Origin: an uncultured delta proteobacterium
GTDB taxonomy: Bacteria > Desulfobacterota > RBG-13-43-22
DNA: 57,447 nt
Assembly: GCA_963802945.1 (NCBI GenBank)
Contig: CAWDKY010000039.1
Span: forward strand, 1 to 57,447
Direction: 5' to 3'
Shown here in pieces: positions 29,374 through 39,506 of this stretch. The notes under the pieces were generated by a model. It saw only the letters and a list, made by a program, of their open reading frames with translations, did no database searches and was not told the DNA's origin. A program made the position numbers and the translations under genes. Position 1 is the stretch's first letter, and each line of letters starts with the position of its first letter.

Positions 29374-30360
29374 CTAAGGTGTAAGGTCTATGGTTTTCCT
29401 TAAACCTTGAACCTTAGGCCTTGAACCCTTCTCATTCAACTCATCTTTCCGCCAAGCCCCCTGAAAACCGCCGGTTTCTCTAAACCGGTCTCGAATCATC
29501 TTTAAAGTCTCTTGTTTTTTCAAGGTCCAAAGCGGAGCGGCAAGTTTTGCGGGATCCGGGTCGCCAGTTAAACGCTGAATAATCCAATGACGCGGGCAAC
29601 GTTCTAAAAACCGGCAGACCCAATCTACATATTCGTCCTGGAGAATGGGACGATATCTCCCCTGCTGATACCAGGTTTCCAATAAAGTCCCGCGGTTGAT
29701 ATAAAGGGAATGAATTTTCAACCCCTGGATATCCAATTCCGCCAAACGGTCGGCTGTGAAAAGGCAGTCTTCCAATCCCTCCCCCGGCAGACCCAGGATG
29801 ACATGAACGCAAATATTGATTTTTCGTTTTCGCGTTTCTTCCACAGCCCAGATAAAATCTTCAATGGTGTGGCCCCGATTGATCATTGCCAAAGTCCGGG
29901 GATGAAACGATTGTAAACCGTATTCGATCCAAACCAAGTGGGAATTTTGGAAACCGGCCAATAAATCCAATATCTCGGAATTAATGCAATCCGGTCGGGT
30001 CCCCACTGCCAACCCGACCACGTCGTCAATGGATAAGGCCTCTTGATAAAAAAATTTTAATTTTTCCACCGGGGCATAGGTATTGGAAAAAGACTGAAAA
30101 TAAGCGATGAATTTTTCTGCCCTATAGCGTCTTTTCAACTGGCTTATTCCCTGATGGATTTGGTTGCTTATTGAAGGGATCTGTGCATAGGCCCCAGTTC
30201 CGGAACCCCGGTCGTCACAATAAATGCACCCGCCAGTCCCTTTGGTCCCATCCCGGTTCGGACAGGTCAAACCGGCATCTAAAGAAATCTTTTGAACCCG
30301 GCAGCCGAAAAGTTTGGTTAAATAAGCTCCATATTGATTGTAAAGTTGCGGTCCTGACAT
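29374..30360 (-). CDS. TIGR01212/YhcC-family radical SAM protein
   Basis: TCPNRDGTKGTGGCIYC, GTRPDC, INRGH, HVILGLPGE. Confidence 0.92.
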   Translation of the reverse strand: MSGPQLYNQYGAYLTKLFGCRVQKISLDAGLTCPNRDGTKGTGGCIYCDDRGSGTGAYAQIPSISNQIHQGISQLKRRYRAEKFIAYFQSFSNTYAPVEKLKFFYQEALSIDDVVGLAVGTRPDCINSEILDLLAGFQNSHLVWIEYGLQSFHPRTLAMINRGHTIEDFIWAVEETRKRKINICVHVILGLPGEGLEDCLFTADRLAELDIQGLKIHSLYINRGTLLETWYQQGRYRPILQDEYVDWVCRFLERCPRHWIIQRLTGDPDPAKLAAPLWTLKKQETLKMIRDRFRETGGFQGAWRKDELNEKGSRPKVQGLRKTIDLTP

Positions 30361-30373
30361 AACGCCTTAAAAA

Positions 30374-30463
30374 AGGATTCAAGGAGTCTGGGGGTCAAGG
30401 ACCGCAGAGCGGAGTGGAAGGCCTGGAAGTTAAAACCCTTGAATCCTCGAATCCTGGAATCCT
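30374..30463. repeat. Dispersed hairpin repeat (related inverted copy at 38289-38525)
   Basis: aggattcaagg...ggggtcaaggaccgcagagcggagtggaaggc matches the reverse complement of about 38475-38525. Confidence 0.8.
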
Positions 30464-30472
30464 ATCTTCGTT

Positions 30473-31630
30473 CTATAGAGATTGTGACGCACTTAGTTCA
30501 GCTAAAAAGGATTCAATCCCGCCTTCTTCGGGACGTTGGGTCCGCACTTCTTTAATCAGTTCTTCGACCCTTCTTCTTAAAAGCATATTTTTCAAGTCTT
30601 CGACCGAACGGTAGGCCCCACCCCGACGGCCAAAGCGATAGACCAGGCGGTCTTCTTCCGAGAGATGAAGATAGGCATCCAGGCCAGCCAGCATTTTGCC
30701 TTTATCTTGTGGAAGGGTCCCGTTGATATCTTCCAGGAGGTTCATCATGTGATCGGAAGTAATCGTGCTTCCGATCCCTTCCAGATGATCAATCATCAGT
30801 CTGATCTCCTCCACCATTTCGTCATCGGTCAAGGGAATGAATGTTCCATCGGCCACCATTTCAGCAAGAGGAATCCCCTGAGGGATCCGTAAAGACCGCA
30901 GGCGGATATAATCCGGATTCATAGCATTCAAAACACGGGCCGTTTCCAGGGCATTTTCTTTGGAAAGGCCCTTCCCTCCCAAGCCGGGCATCCAATACTC
31001 GGAAACCGTCATCCCCGCTTCTTTGGCCTTTGTTCCGGCCTCAATGTGTTCGGTCGCGGTTACCCCTTTGTTCGTCAGTTTCAAGACCGCATCCGAACCG
31101 CTTTCCATTCCGATATGAATGCGATCCAACCCGGCCTTTCTGATGGCCGTCAGCTCCTCAAAGGTTTTCCGGCTGACGGTCTTGGCCCGGGCATAGGAAG
31201 TGATCCGGGTGATTTGGGGAAGCTCCTGATGAAGATAATTCAAAACCTCCACCAGGTCTTCACTGGGAAGGATTAAATTATTGCCGTCCTGTAGGAAAAC
31301 GGTGTATTCCCCATAGTACATCCAGGCAGCCACATTCTTATAGGCATGGGAAAGGTTCTGTTGACGAACTACCCGGGATACCACGACATCATCCATCCGT
31401 CCGCTGCTGCCCAATCGCCAGGAAAGCTCTTTCAACTCTTTGATAATCTTGGTGATGGTTTGAATATCTTCTTTGATTTCCTTGACACTTCGGCGCGAAA
31501 ACTGGGTGCCTTTATACACCCCGCAGAACAAACATTTATTCCAGGGACAATTCCGGGTTAACCGTATCAACAGACTCCTGGCCTCACTGGGAGGACGGAT
31601 CGGCCCTTGTTCAAAATCTAATTTTTCCAT
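30473..31630 (-). CDS. Radical SAM protein, function unknown
   Basis: GPIRPPSEA.SL, CPWNKCLFC, FLQDGN, HIGMESGSD, SDH. Confidence 0.9.
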   Translation of the reverse strand: MEKLDFEQGPIRPPSEARSLLIRLTRNCPWNKCLFCGVYKGTQFSRRSVKEIKEDIQTITKIIKELKELSWRLGSSGRMDDVVVSRVVRQQNLSHAYKNVAAWMYYGEYTVFLQDGNNLILPSEDLVEVLNYLHQELPQITRITSYARAKTVSRKTFEELTAIRKAGLDRIHIGMESGSDAVLKLTNKGVTATEHIEAGTKAKEAGMTVSEYWMPGLGGKGLSKENALETARVLNAMNPDYIRLRSLRIPQGIPLAEMVADGTFIPLTDDEMVEEIRLMIDHLEGIGSTITSDHMMNLLEDINGTLPQDKGKMLAGLDAYLHLSEEDRLVYRFGRRGGAYRSVEDLKNMLLRRRVEELIKEVRTQRPEEGGIESFLAELSASQSL

Positions 31631-31781
31631 AACCTTGCTCCAACAACCTATTTTCTAGTTTTATAATAAACATTATAAGGCCCTTTGACAATCCCTCTTT
31701 TTTCGACTTGAAGTTTTAAAATAGTCATCAGGTTATCGGATAAATGCTCGATATTTTTAAAATGAAAGTTCGACAGCTTTA

Positions 31782-31911
31782 ATGAACTCGTAAAAAGTCG
31801 CTGAAAGCCTATTTTCGTCATTCCGGCGAAAGCCGGAATCCAGTATTGTTAAGTAGTTAAAAATTTCTGGCCCCCGGTTTTCATCAGGGTAACGACTTGT
31901 TACGAATCCAT
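31782..31911. repeat. REP dimer enclosed in 18-bp imperfect TIRs (MITE-like)
   Basis: atgaactcgtaaaaagtc...gacttgttacgaatccat around gtcattccggcgaaagccggaatcc. Confidence 0.7.
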
Positions 31912-32027
31912 CAAATTTGACAGGTAAGTAAAAAATTATTTTCGGCTTACAGGGATATAGAAGTCTGCTTTCATCGAGATCAACAAATTTAACTCCTTTA
32001 TTTTATCCGGATAAGCGATAAAATCGT

Positions 32028-33338
32028 CTAGGGGGTAAAAAATTGATCGGACGCTTTTTGGTCAGTCCTTGGCAGTTGAGGCGGTCGCATCACCAAGGCC
32101 AGGACAATGCCGGTTACCACAAAAGCGACGGCGATTGAAAAAGGCATGAAATAACTTCCCGTGGTATCATAGAGGAATCCGGCCAGGGTCGGACTGCCGG
32201 CGCTGGCCAGCGTGACCACCGGCGCCGTCCATCCGACAATCCTGGGAAAATGGGTGCGTCCGAAGTAAGCACCGAAGAGGTTGGGCATCAGGACGATCAT
32301 GCCACCGAAACCGATTCCCGTGAGTATGGAATAAAGGTGAACGAAGAAAATCTCTCGGGCACGCATCAGGCAAATAACCCCGATTCCCATACAGACCAGG
32401 AAGAAAACGGCCAAATGCCGGCCTTCGAACCTCAGGCCGAGAAGGCCGCAAGCCAGTCTGCCGAGGATGCTCATGCCGAGCATAAGGCCCAAAGCCGTAG
32501 CCGACACCAGAGGGGAGAAGTTCAAGTCTTGAAGATAGGCGACCTGATGGGTAGTCAACATATTACTTACGAACAGGATGATCGAAAATAAGGCTGTAAT
32601 CATCCATAAAGCCGGGGTTCGCATGGCCTCTTTGACCGTCCATTCCTTCGGTGTCTGATAGACCGGTTTTCGATGGTCCGGATGATCTAAAGAAGTTTGG
32701 TCAATGAGATCAGGAATGGCATCCGGGTGCCGGCCGATACCTTCAGGCCGGTTTCGGATGAGGATTCCGCCGAGAATAACGGGCAATAGGAGGTGGAGAC
32801 CGGCGAGGATGACCCAGGCCCAAGGCCATCCCAAACTGGAAATCAACTGGCTTATCAGCGGCGGAAAAATAAAACCGCCGATACCGCCGGAAGCCAGGAA
32901 GAGACCCATGGCCATTGACCTTCGTCGGATGAACCAATTATTGATCACCGTGGTGAGGGGGATAAATTCCCCAAAGGCAATACCCAACCCTCCCAGGACA
33001 CCGAAAAAAAGATAGACCTGCCAGATTGCATGGACCTGAGACATACCGAACAGACCCAAGGCGGCGATGATATTGAAACTGATAATATTTTTTCTTGGAC
33101 CGAATCGGGCAACGGTCATACCGGCCACTGGCCCCAACAGACCGCCGATAAGGAAGTAGAGGACATAAGGACCAGACAAGACGGAACGACTCCAATGAAA
33201 GGTTTGACTCACCGACGGGAGGAATACACCATAGGCATAGGTGATATCCCCGCATAAACCGGCATAGGCCGCCATGACGCCGATCAGGCTCATCCATCCG
33301 TAAAAATGCCGTGGTTTCAATCCGGTCTTTATGTTCAT
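32028..33338 (-). CDS. MFS transporter (OFA/monocarboxylate-like)
   Basis: 12 TM pattern, ARFGPR, WFIRRRSMAMG, YFGRTHF, YDTTGSY. Confidence 0.9.
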   Translation of the reverse strand: MNIKTGLKPRHFYGWMSLIGVMAAYAGLCGDITYAYGVFLPSVSQTFHWSRSVLSGPYVLYFLIGGLLGPVAGMTVARFGPRKNIISFNIIAALGLFGMSQVHAIWQVYLFFGVLGGLGIAFGEFIPLTTVINNWFIRRRSMAMGLFLASGGIGGFIFPPLISQLISSLGWPWAWVILAGLHLLLPVILGGILIRNRPEGIGRHPDAIPDLIDQTSLDHPDHRKPVYQTPKEWTVKEAMRTPALWMITALFSIILFVSNMLTTHQVAYLQDLNFSPLVSATALGLMLGMSILGRLACGLLGLRFEGRHLAVFFLVCMGIGVICLMRAREIFFVHLYSILTGIGFGGMIVLMPNLFGAYFGRTHFPRIVGWTAPVVTLASAGSPTLAGFLYDTTGSYFMPFSIAVAFVVTGIVLALVMRPPQLPRTDQKASDQFFTP

Positions 33339-33468
33339 CTTTGATCCCCTAAATCTTGGACGACAATAATATGAATCCGATGAAAAATAAGGAAGAGATT
33401 ATCATCATAAGAAAATAAAGAAAAAGGTGACAATATTCAATAACCTTATTTTTTTATAATATTTTTTA

Positions 33469-33520
33469 TTGACACACAATATATTGTGTAGTATATATTC
33501 TTATATACTATATGAAGGTA
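33469..33520 (+). promoter_or_regulatory. sigma70 promoter overlapped by a perfect 16-bp palindrome (NrdR-box-like), with a weak second box 31 bp away
   Basis: TTGACA 33469, TATATA 33492; ACACAATATATTGTGT 33474-33489; atactatatgaaggta 33505-33520. Confidence 0.65.
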
Positions 33521-33564
33521 ATTGAAGGAGTTTTGCTTAAAAACACTTAACTTCAAAAGACTCG

Positions 33565-34407
33565 ATGATCAGAGAGATTGATGTCAAAGCCATAACCGAG
33601 GCCGTCAAAGCCTTGTGTGTTGAAGCCAATGAAAATCTGGGCGATGATGTACTGATGTGTCTTCGGAAGGCCCTGGAAACCGAAGCATCTCCTGTCGGTA
33701 AGGAGATATTGGAACAGCTGATCGAAAACGCCGATATTGCACGAACAGAGCATATACCGATCTGTCAGGATACCGGGTTGGCCGTCATTTTCTTGGAAAT
33801 CGGGCAGGATATTCATTTGACCGGAGGAGACTTAAAAGAGGCAGTTAATTTGGGAGTCCGCCAAGGGTATGGAGATGGATATCTTCGCAAATCCTCCTGT
33901 CATCCTTTTACCCGGGCCAACACCGGAGATAACACCCCGGCCGTGATCTATATCGATGTTGTGCCGGGAGACCGGCTCAAAATAAGGGTAGTCCCCAAAG
34001 GCGGCGGGAGTGAAAACATGAGCCGTATATTCATGCTCCCTCCATCGGCGGGCATAGCCGGTGTAAAAGAGAAAATTGTGGAAACCGTTAAAGAAGCCGG
34101 CCCGAATCCCTGCCCCCCCACCATTATAGGTGTGGGTATTGGAGGGACATTTGAACAGGCCGCCTTGCAGGCCAAAAAGGCCCTGCTTCGTCCCCTCGGG
34201 ACCCCCAATCCCGATCCGGAACTCGATCGACTTGAGATGGATCTCCTTGGTTTAATCAATAAACTCGGGATTGGCCCCCAGGGATTGGGCGGTAGAACAA
34301 CCTCTTTAGGCGTTCATGTCCGGTTGCTGCCCTGCCACATCGCCAGTCTTCCTGTGGCAGTTAATGTGCAATGTCATGCCAGCAGGCATAAGGAAGTAAC
34401 TTTATAA
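33565..34407 (+). CDS. Fe-S fumarate hydratase (class I) subunit alpha, TtdA family
   Basis: PICQDTG, PKGGGSEN, NPCPP, GIGPQGLGG, PCHIASLPV, QCHA.RH. Confidence 0.93.
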   Translation: MIREIDVKAITEAVKALCVEANENLGDDVLMCLRKALETEASPVGKEILEQLIENADIARTEHIPICQDTGLAVIFLEIGQDIHLTGGDLKEAVNLGVRQGYGDGYLRKSSCHPFTRANTGDNTPAVIYIDVVPGDRLKIRVVPKGGGSENMSRIFMLPPSAGIAGVKEKIVETVKEAGPNPCPPTIIGVGIGGTFEQAALQAKKALLRPLGTPNPDPELDRLEMDLLGLINKLGIGPQGLGGRTTSLGVHVRLLPCHIASLPVAVNVQCHASRHKEVTL

Positions 34408-34490
34408 AAGGACGTTCGGCGTTAAGCGTTCGGCGAGAAAAAATCAACAATCAACAACAAACTGTTGGGTTGCACCACAAGGATTAATAC

Positions 34491-35048
34491 ATGCCTAAAA
34501 CGGTTTCTTTAACAATCCCTCTTACCGATAAAATAGTTTCTTCCCTGGAAATCGGCGACAAGGTCTTAATTAGCGGCGTTATTTATTCAGCCCGGGATGC
34601 GGCTCATAAACGGCTCATCGACCTTTTAGATACAGGAAAACCTCTTCCCTTTGATATTCGGGGACAGATCATTTATTATGTAGGTCCATCTCCGGCTAAA
34701 CCGGGCCGAGCCATCGGGGCCGCCGGTCCGACTACCAGTTACCGGATGGACCCTTACGCACCCCGCTTGATAGAACTGGGTTTGAAGGGTATGATCGGCA
34801 AAGGCAAACGGGATGCGGCAGTCAAAGAGGCCATGATCAAGTATAAGGCGGTTTATCTGGGGGCCACCGGCGGGGCCGGGGCTTTGATTTCCAGGGCCAT
34901 CAAGGCCGCCGAGGTCATTGCCTACGAAGAATTAGGGCCTGAAGCCATTCGCCGACTGGTGGTGGAAAATTTCCCGGCTGTGGTTATCAACGATACCGCT
35001 GGAGGGGATCTGTATGAAGAAGGGATTAAACAATACCAAATATCTTAA
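34491..35048 (+). CDS. Fe-S fumarate hydratase subunit beta, TtdB family
   Basis: ARDAAHKR, GPTTSYRMD, GMIGKG. Confidence 0.93.
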   Translation: MPKTVSLTIPLTDKIVSSLEIGDKVLISGVIYSARDAAHKRLIDLLDTGKPLPFDIRGQIIYYVGPSPAKPGRAIGAAGPTTSYRMDPYAPRLIELGLKGMIGKGKRDAAVKEAMIKYKAVYLGATGGAGALISRAIKAAEVIAYEELGPEAIRRLVVENFPAVVINDTAGGDLYEEGIKQYQIS

Positions 35049-35061
35049 TGGAGGAAAGCGG

Positions 35062-35505
35062 ATGAACTTGAAGAAAAGTTTCGGAACTGTAGTAGGGATT
35101 TTGGCAGTTTCCTTGTTCCTTTTTCAAGGATGCAACTCTCCGACAGGCAGTAGCGGATCCGGTTCGATTCCCAGGGTCCTGGTAATCCCGGCTGCACCTT
35201 CCCTGCAGGCCTCTCAATATAATAATAATGTTTATACTTGGAGCAGTACCTACATTACAGTCATTGTCAGAGATAATAACGGCAACCTTGTGCCTGCCGG
35301 CACTCCTGTGAGCATCACTTGTGGAGCTGGCTATTTGGGGGATGGCGATCCTATTGCTAATGGTCTTGGATCCTCCATTACTGTCACCACTGATTCAACC
35401 GGCCAGGTTCAGGTGAAATACACGGCAGGTTTTACGACCGGGACAGCCACTATCTCGGCTTATTCCCAGGGCAATTCCGGGAAGGCATCCATAACAATTG
35501 TGTAA
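35062..35505 (+). CDS. Lipoprotein with bacterial Ig-like (Big_1/invasin D3) domain
   Basis: SD ggagg before ATG 35062; lipobox FQGC; VRDNNGNLVPAGTPV, TTDSTGQV.V.YTAG..TGTATISA. Confidence 0.8.
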   Translation: MNLKKSFGTVVGILAVSLFLFQGCNSPTGSSGSGSIPRVLVIPAAPSLQASQYNNNVYTWSSTYITVIVRDNNGNLVPAGTPVSITCGAGYLGDGDPIANGLGSSITVTTDSTGQVQVKYTAGFTTGTATISAYSQGNSGKASITIV

Positions 35506-35591
35506 AAAACCACCGACAATTGATTCATAAACCCTAAAAATCTTTTTCCTCTTACCCTGAACTTCAAATTTTAAAGTTTAAATTTTGAAAA

Positions 35592-38255
35592 TTATCCGGC
35601 CTTCATCAATTCCTTAATCCTTTCCAGATGGCTCTCCAGCTTTTCGGTCTTTTTCTCTAAGGAGTAGATCTTTTCCTTTTCCTTGTCCACAACCTCCTGA
35701 GGCGCCTTCTGCAAAAAATCTTCGTTGGTCAATTTCTTTTCGATCTGGGTCCATTCTTTTCTCAGTTTGGCCAGTTCCTTTTCCAGCCGTTTTTCCTCTT
35801 CATCAAATTGAAGGATCCCTTTCAAAGGAATAAAAATTTCCGTCCCCTCAAAGATCCCGGAAGCCGATGAAGGCGGATTTTTATCATTATTCAAAAAGGT
35901 GATTTCCGAACCCTTGGCCAATATTAAAAAATTATGTTGATGGGCTTCAACCAAGGTCCTGTTGACAGGTGTTGAGACCCGCAGACAGATTTCGACATTT
36001 ATTGAAGGGGATATATTCATTTCTCCTCTGATGTTACGGACCTCAGAAATCAGGCCCTTGATGGTTTCTATCTCCCTCTCGGCCCCGGCATCTCGCACAA
36101 AATCCTCAGTCTTCGGGAAAGGTTCCTTTAAAATGCTTATCCCCCTCCCGGGAAGGGATTGATAGATCTTTTCACTGATAAAAGGCATAAAAGGATGGAT
36201 TAATTTCAGGATGGCCAAAAGGACCCGATAGAGGGTTTTGCAGGTAATTTCTTTGTCCCGGCTTTCTCCTTCCTTATATAAAACGGGTTTAATGAATTCC
36301 AGATACCAGTCACAGAATTCATGCCAGATGAAATGGTACAATTCATGGGCCGATTCATTGAAACGATATTCCGTTATCCCCTGTTCGACGGTTTCAATGA
36401 CCTGGTGCATCCGGCTGATGATCCAGCGGTTAATGGCATCTTGGGGTTGTTCCAGTCCTTGGTCCGCGAACTTAAGGTCTTCAAAATGGGAAAGGCTGAA
36501 ACGGGCGGCATTCCAGATCTTATTCACAAAATGGCGGTAGCCTTCAATCCGCTCTTCGGAAAGCTTGATATCCCTTCCCTGGGCCGCCAGGGCCGAGAGG
36601 GTAAAGCGAAAGGAATCTGTGCCGTACTTATCCATGATCAACAAAGGATCAATGACGTTTCCTTTGGACTTGCTCATCTTTTGGCCCTCGGCATCCCGCA
36701 CTAGGGCATGGATATAAACCTGACGAAAAGGGACCTTACCCATAAAATGAAGGCCCATCATCATCATCCGGGCCACCCAGAAGAAAAGGATATCAAAACC
36801 GGTGACCATTACCGACGTGGGATAATAAACTTGAAGCTCACGGGTTTCCCGGGGCCAGCCCAGGGTGGAAAAAGGCCAGAGGGCCGAGCTGAACCAGGTG
36901 TCCAGGACATCGGTTTCCTGTCGAATCTGCGTTGATTTGCAGTTAGGGCAGGAGGGGGGGGGTTTAACGGAAACAGTAATCTCCCCGCAGTCATCACAAT
37001 ACCAGGCCGGAATTTGATGCCCCCACCAGATCTGTCTGGAAATACACCAATCCCGGATGTTGTTCATCCATTCAAAATAGGTCTTTTCCCAGTTCCGCGG
37101 GAAAATCCGGGTTTGCCCGTTTTCCACAGCCTGTATAGCCTTTTCCGCCAAAGGGGCCACCCGAACGAACCACTGCTTGGACAGATAAGGCTCGATCATG
37201 GTTTTACATCGATAACAATGGCCGATATTATGGACGTATTTTTCTGTTTTTTCCAGGAGCCCCAGGGCCTCCAGATCTTCAAGCACCTTTTGGCGGCAGG
37301 CCTTGCGGTCCATACCCTGATACACGCCGGCCTCTTCATTCATACGAGCCTCCGGATCCATGACTTTAAGAACGGACAATCCATGGCGGCGGCCGATTTC
37401 AAAGTCATTGACATCGTGAGCCGGGGTGATCTTCAAGGCCCCGGTCCCAAAACTCTTATCCACATAGGAGTCGGCAATTATAGGGATTCTTCTTTGGGTC
37501 AGGGGCAGATGCACCTCCTGACCAGCCAGACCCTGATAACGTTCATCCTCCGGATTGACGGCCACACCCGTATCCCCGAGCATGGTCTCCGGCCGGGTGG
37601 TGGCCACAATAATGGCCCCTTGACTGTTGACCAGAGGATATCGAATATAAAAGAGGCTGCCCTCATGGGCTTCATGCTCCACTTCCAGATCGGAAAGGGC
37701 GGTCCGGCAGCGCGGACACCAGTTGACAATATAGTCCCCCCGGTAAATCAAACCCTCCTGGAAAAGCCGGACAAAAACCTCCTTGACGGCGATGGACAGC
37801 CCCTCGTCCATGGTAAAGCGTTCCCGGCTCCAGTCACAAGCCGCTCCGAGGCGCTTTAATTGATTGATGATAATCCCCCCGAATTTTTCCCGCCATTCCC
37901 AGACCTTTTCCACAAATTTTTCCCGGCCCAGTTGATGGCGGTCCAGGCCTTCCTGGGCCAGCATCCGTTCGACCACATTCTGGGTGGCAATTCCGGCATG
38001 GTCGGTCCCCGGGACCCAGAGGGCATTGTAGCCTTTCATTTTATAATAGCGCCACAGGATATCCTGGAGGGTGGTGTTCAGGGCATGACCCATGTGGAGT
38101 GTCCCGGTGACATTGGGCGGGGGAATGACCATGGAAAAAGGAGGGCCTTCCGCCTCCACGTCGGCCTGAAAAAGTTTTTGATCGATCCAAAACCGGTATA
38201 AATCCTCTTCGATCTGAGCCGGTTCATATCCTTTAGCTAACTGAGGAATCTTCAT
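35592..38255 (-). CDS. valS: Valine--tRNA ligase
   Basis: PPPNVTGTLHMGH, DWCISRQIWWGH, KMSKS, C-terminal coiled coil. Confidence 0.98.
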   Translation of the reverse strand: MKIPQLAKGYEPAQIEEDLYRFWIDQKLFQADVEAEGPPFSMVIPPPNVTGTLHMGHALNTTLQDILWRYYKMKGYNALWVPGTDHAGIATQNVVERMLAQEGLDRHQLGREKFVEKVWEWREKFGGIIINQLKRLGAACDWSRERFTMDEGLSIAVKEVFVRLFQEGLIYRGDYIVNWCPRCRTALSDLEVEHEAHEGSLFYIRYPLVNSQGAIIVATTRPETMLGDTGVAVNPEDERYQGLAGQEVHLPLTQRRIPIIADSYVDKSFGTGALKITPAHDVNDFEIGRRHGLSVLKVMDPEARMNEEAGVYQGMDRKACRQKVLEDLEALGLLEKTEKYVHNIGHCYRCKTMIEPYLSKQWFVRVAPLAEKAIQAVENGQTRIFPRNWEKTYFEWMNNIRDWCISRQIWWGHQIPAWYCDDCGEITVSVKPPPSCPNCKSTQIRQETDVLDTWFSSALWPFSTLGWPRETRELQVYYPTSVMVTGFDILFFWVARMMMMGLHFMGKVPFRQVYIHALVRDAEGQKMSKSKGNVIDPLLIMDKYGTDSFRFTLSALAAQGRDIKLSEERIEGYRHFVNKIWNAARFSLSHFEDLKFADQGLEQPQDAINRWIISRMHQVIETVEQGITEYRFNESAHELYHFIWHEFCDWYLEFIKPVLYKEGESRDKEITCKTLYRVLLAILKLIHPFMPFISEKIYQSLPGRGISILKEPFPKTEDFVRDAGAEREIETIKGLISEVRNIRGEMNISPSINVEICLRVSTPVNRTLVEAHQHNFLILAKGSEITFLNNDKNPPSSASGIFEGTEIFIPLKGILQFDEEEKRLEKELAKLRKEWTQIEKKLTNEDFLQKAPQEVVDKEKEKIYSLEKKTEKLESHLERIKELMKAG

Positions 38256-38288
38256 TTAATTGCTCCATATATCACAAAATTGGGCTCA

Positions 38289-38525
38289 AGGATTCCAGAA
38301 TTCGTAGGGTCTAGTGTAGTGTAACAGCATCACTTTTCAGTCTCGTCATTCCGGACTTGATCCGGAATCCAGTCTTTTCAACCTGGATTCCCACTTTCGC
38401 GGGAGTAACGGCACTTGGACTATTGTAAACCTTTTATTAAGGCACTAATCTAGAGTTACGTTTTATCAATTTCAATGCCTTTCACTACGCCCTGCGGTCC
38501 CTGACCCCTTGCCGCCTTGAATCCT
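38289..38525. repeat. Hairpin repeat interrupted by a REP-containing insert (REP dimer at 38344-38410)
   Basis: Arms match the 30374-30463 repeat; the middle holds cgtcattccggacttgatccggaatccag...ctggattcccactttcgcgggagtaacg. Confidence 0.7.
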
Positions 38526-38644
38526 CATAATATTTTCGTGTTCGTAGCTCCTGCCTCACACAACCCTGATTGATTTCTATATAAAAGAAAAGGGGATTAA
38601 ATGACTTAACCCCCTTAATGGTTTGCCTTCGATTATCAAAATGT

Positions 38645-38932
38645 TTACGATCGTTTTAGGCCTTCTATCTCCCGGGCGATCGCTTTTTCAACTTCCTGAG
38701 TCAGGACTTCATGAATCATTTTTTGGATGTTTTCATCTATCATCGACCGAAGGAGCCTTTCCACTTCTTTTTGGACCAATGGCTCCAGATCTTTAGTTTC
38801 AATTTTTGCCGGAGATTCCACCTGTGGCCTTGAAACCGGGGCTGGCTGGAGTTCCCTCATCCGTTCCGGAGCGGGTTCGGCAATGACATCCACCAAATCA
38901 ATAATTTTTTCTTCAAATTTTTCCATGGGCAT
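38645..38932 (-). CDS. Hypothetical protein (acidic N-terminus, helical C-terminus)
   Basis: IIDLVDV motif, Pro-rich linker, amphipathic helix ending AIAREIEGLK; TTGACA-18-TATGAT upstream. Confidence 0.7.
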   Translation of the reverse strand: MPMEKFEEKIIDLVDVIAEPAPERMRELQPAPVSRPQVESPAKIETKDLEPLVQKEVERLLRSMIDENIQKMIHEVLTQEVEKAIAREIEGLKRS

Positions 38933-39506
38933 AACCTTATAAAGGATTAACGAACTTTATGATCCTTTTCAGATGATTTTTCAGGATCATATATCATGCT
39001 AAATCATTATGTCAATACGTTTATACGACTGGTGGAAAGACCCCTGGCATAGGGCTTTCGTTGCAAAAAAAAGCAGCCCAAGGCTTGAGAAGAGAGACCA
39101 TATGGTTTGACCCATTCGTTTCACCAATCGTATAGTTTTAAAGCATTTTATCTGAGAAACTTGCGCCGCACCTCTTCATTTTTAAAGGGGATAGCTTTCA
39201 TTTTTTCCAAGGCTCTAATCTGAGGTATCAGGGAGGTGGTAGCCATCATGACCTTACCCGTTCCTCTGGTATTCAGGTAATGGATATCTCTTGAGGATAA
39301 TGGCCGGGAATAAAAGCGGAAGTCATGTAGTATAAGTTCCGCCACTTAGGCATCATTGAGTTTGCTATTTCTATCAATATATTATTAAGCCTACCCTGGG
39401 TTCCAGACCCTTAAAAAATCAGGGCCAACTTTTCATTAATTTCTCGCTTTATCTTTGCCTCAAAATCCAGTATAAATAAAGGTAATCACACCAGAGGAGG
39501 TTAATT

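Noticed and set aside
37014-38201. Long + strand ORFs (281 aa, 113 aa) opposite valS, and similar shadow ORFs elsewhere
   Set aside because: Antisense to well-supported genes, with no motifs or SD
39148-39345. 65-aa ORF or ncRNA in the gap before serC
   Set aside because: No recognisable family, SD or RNA motif; cannot be supported
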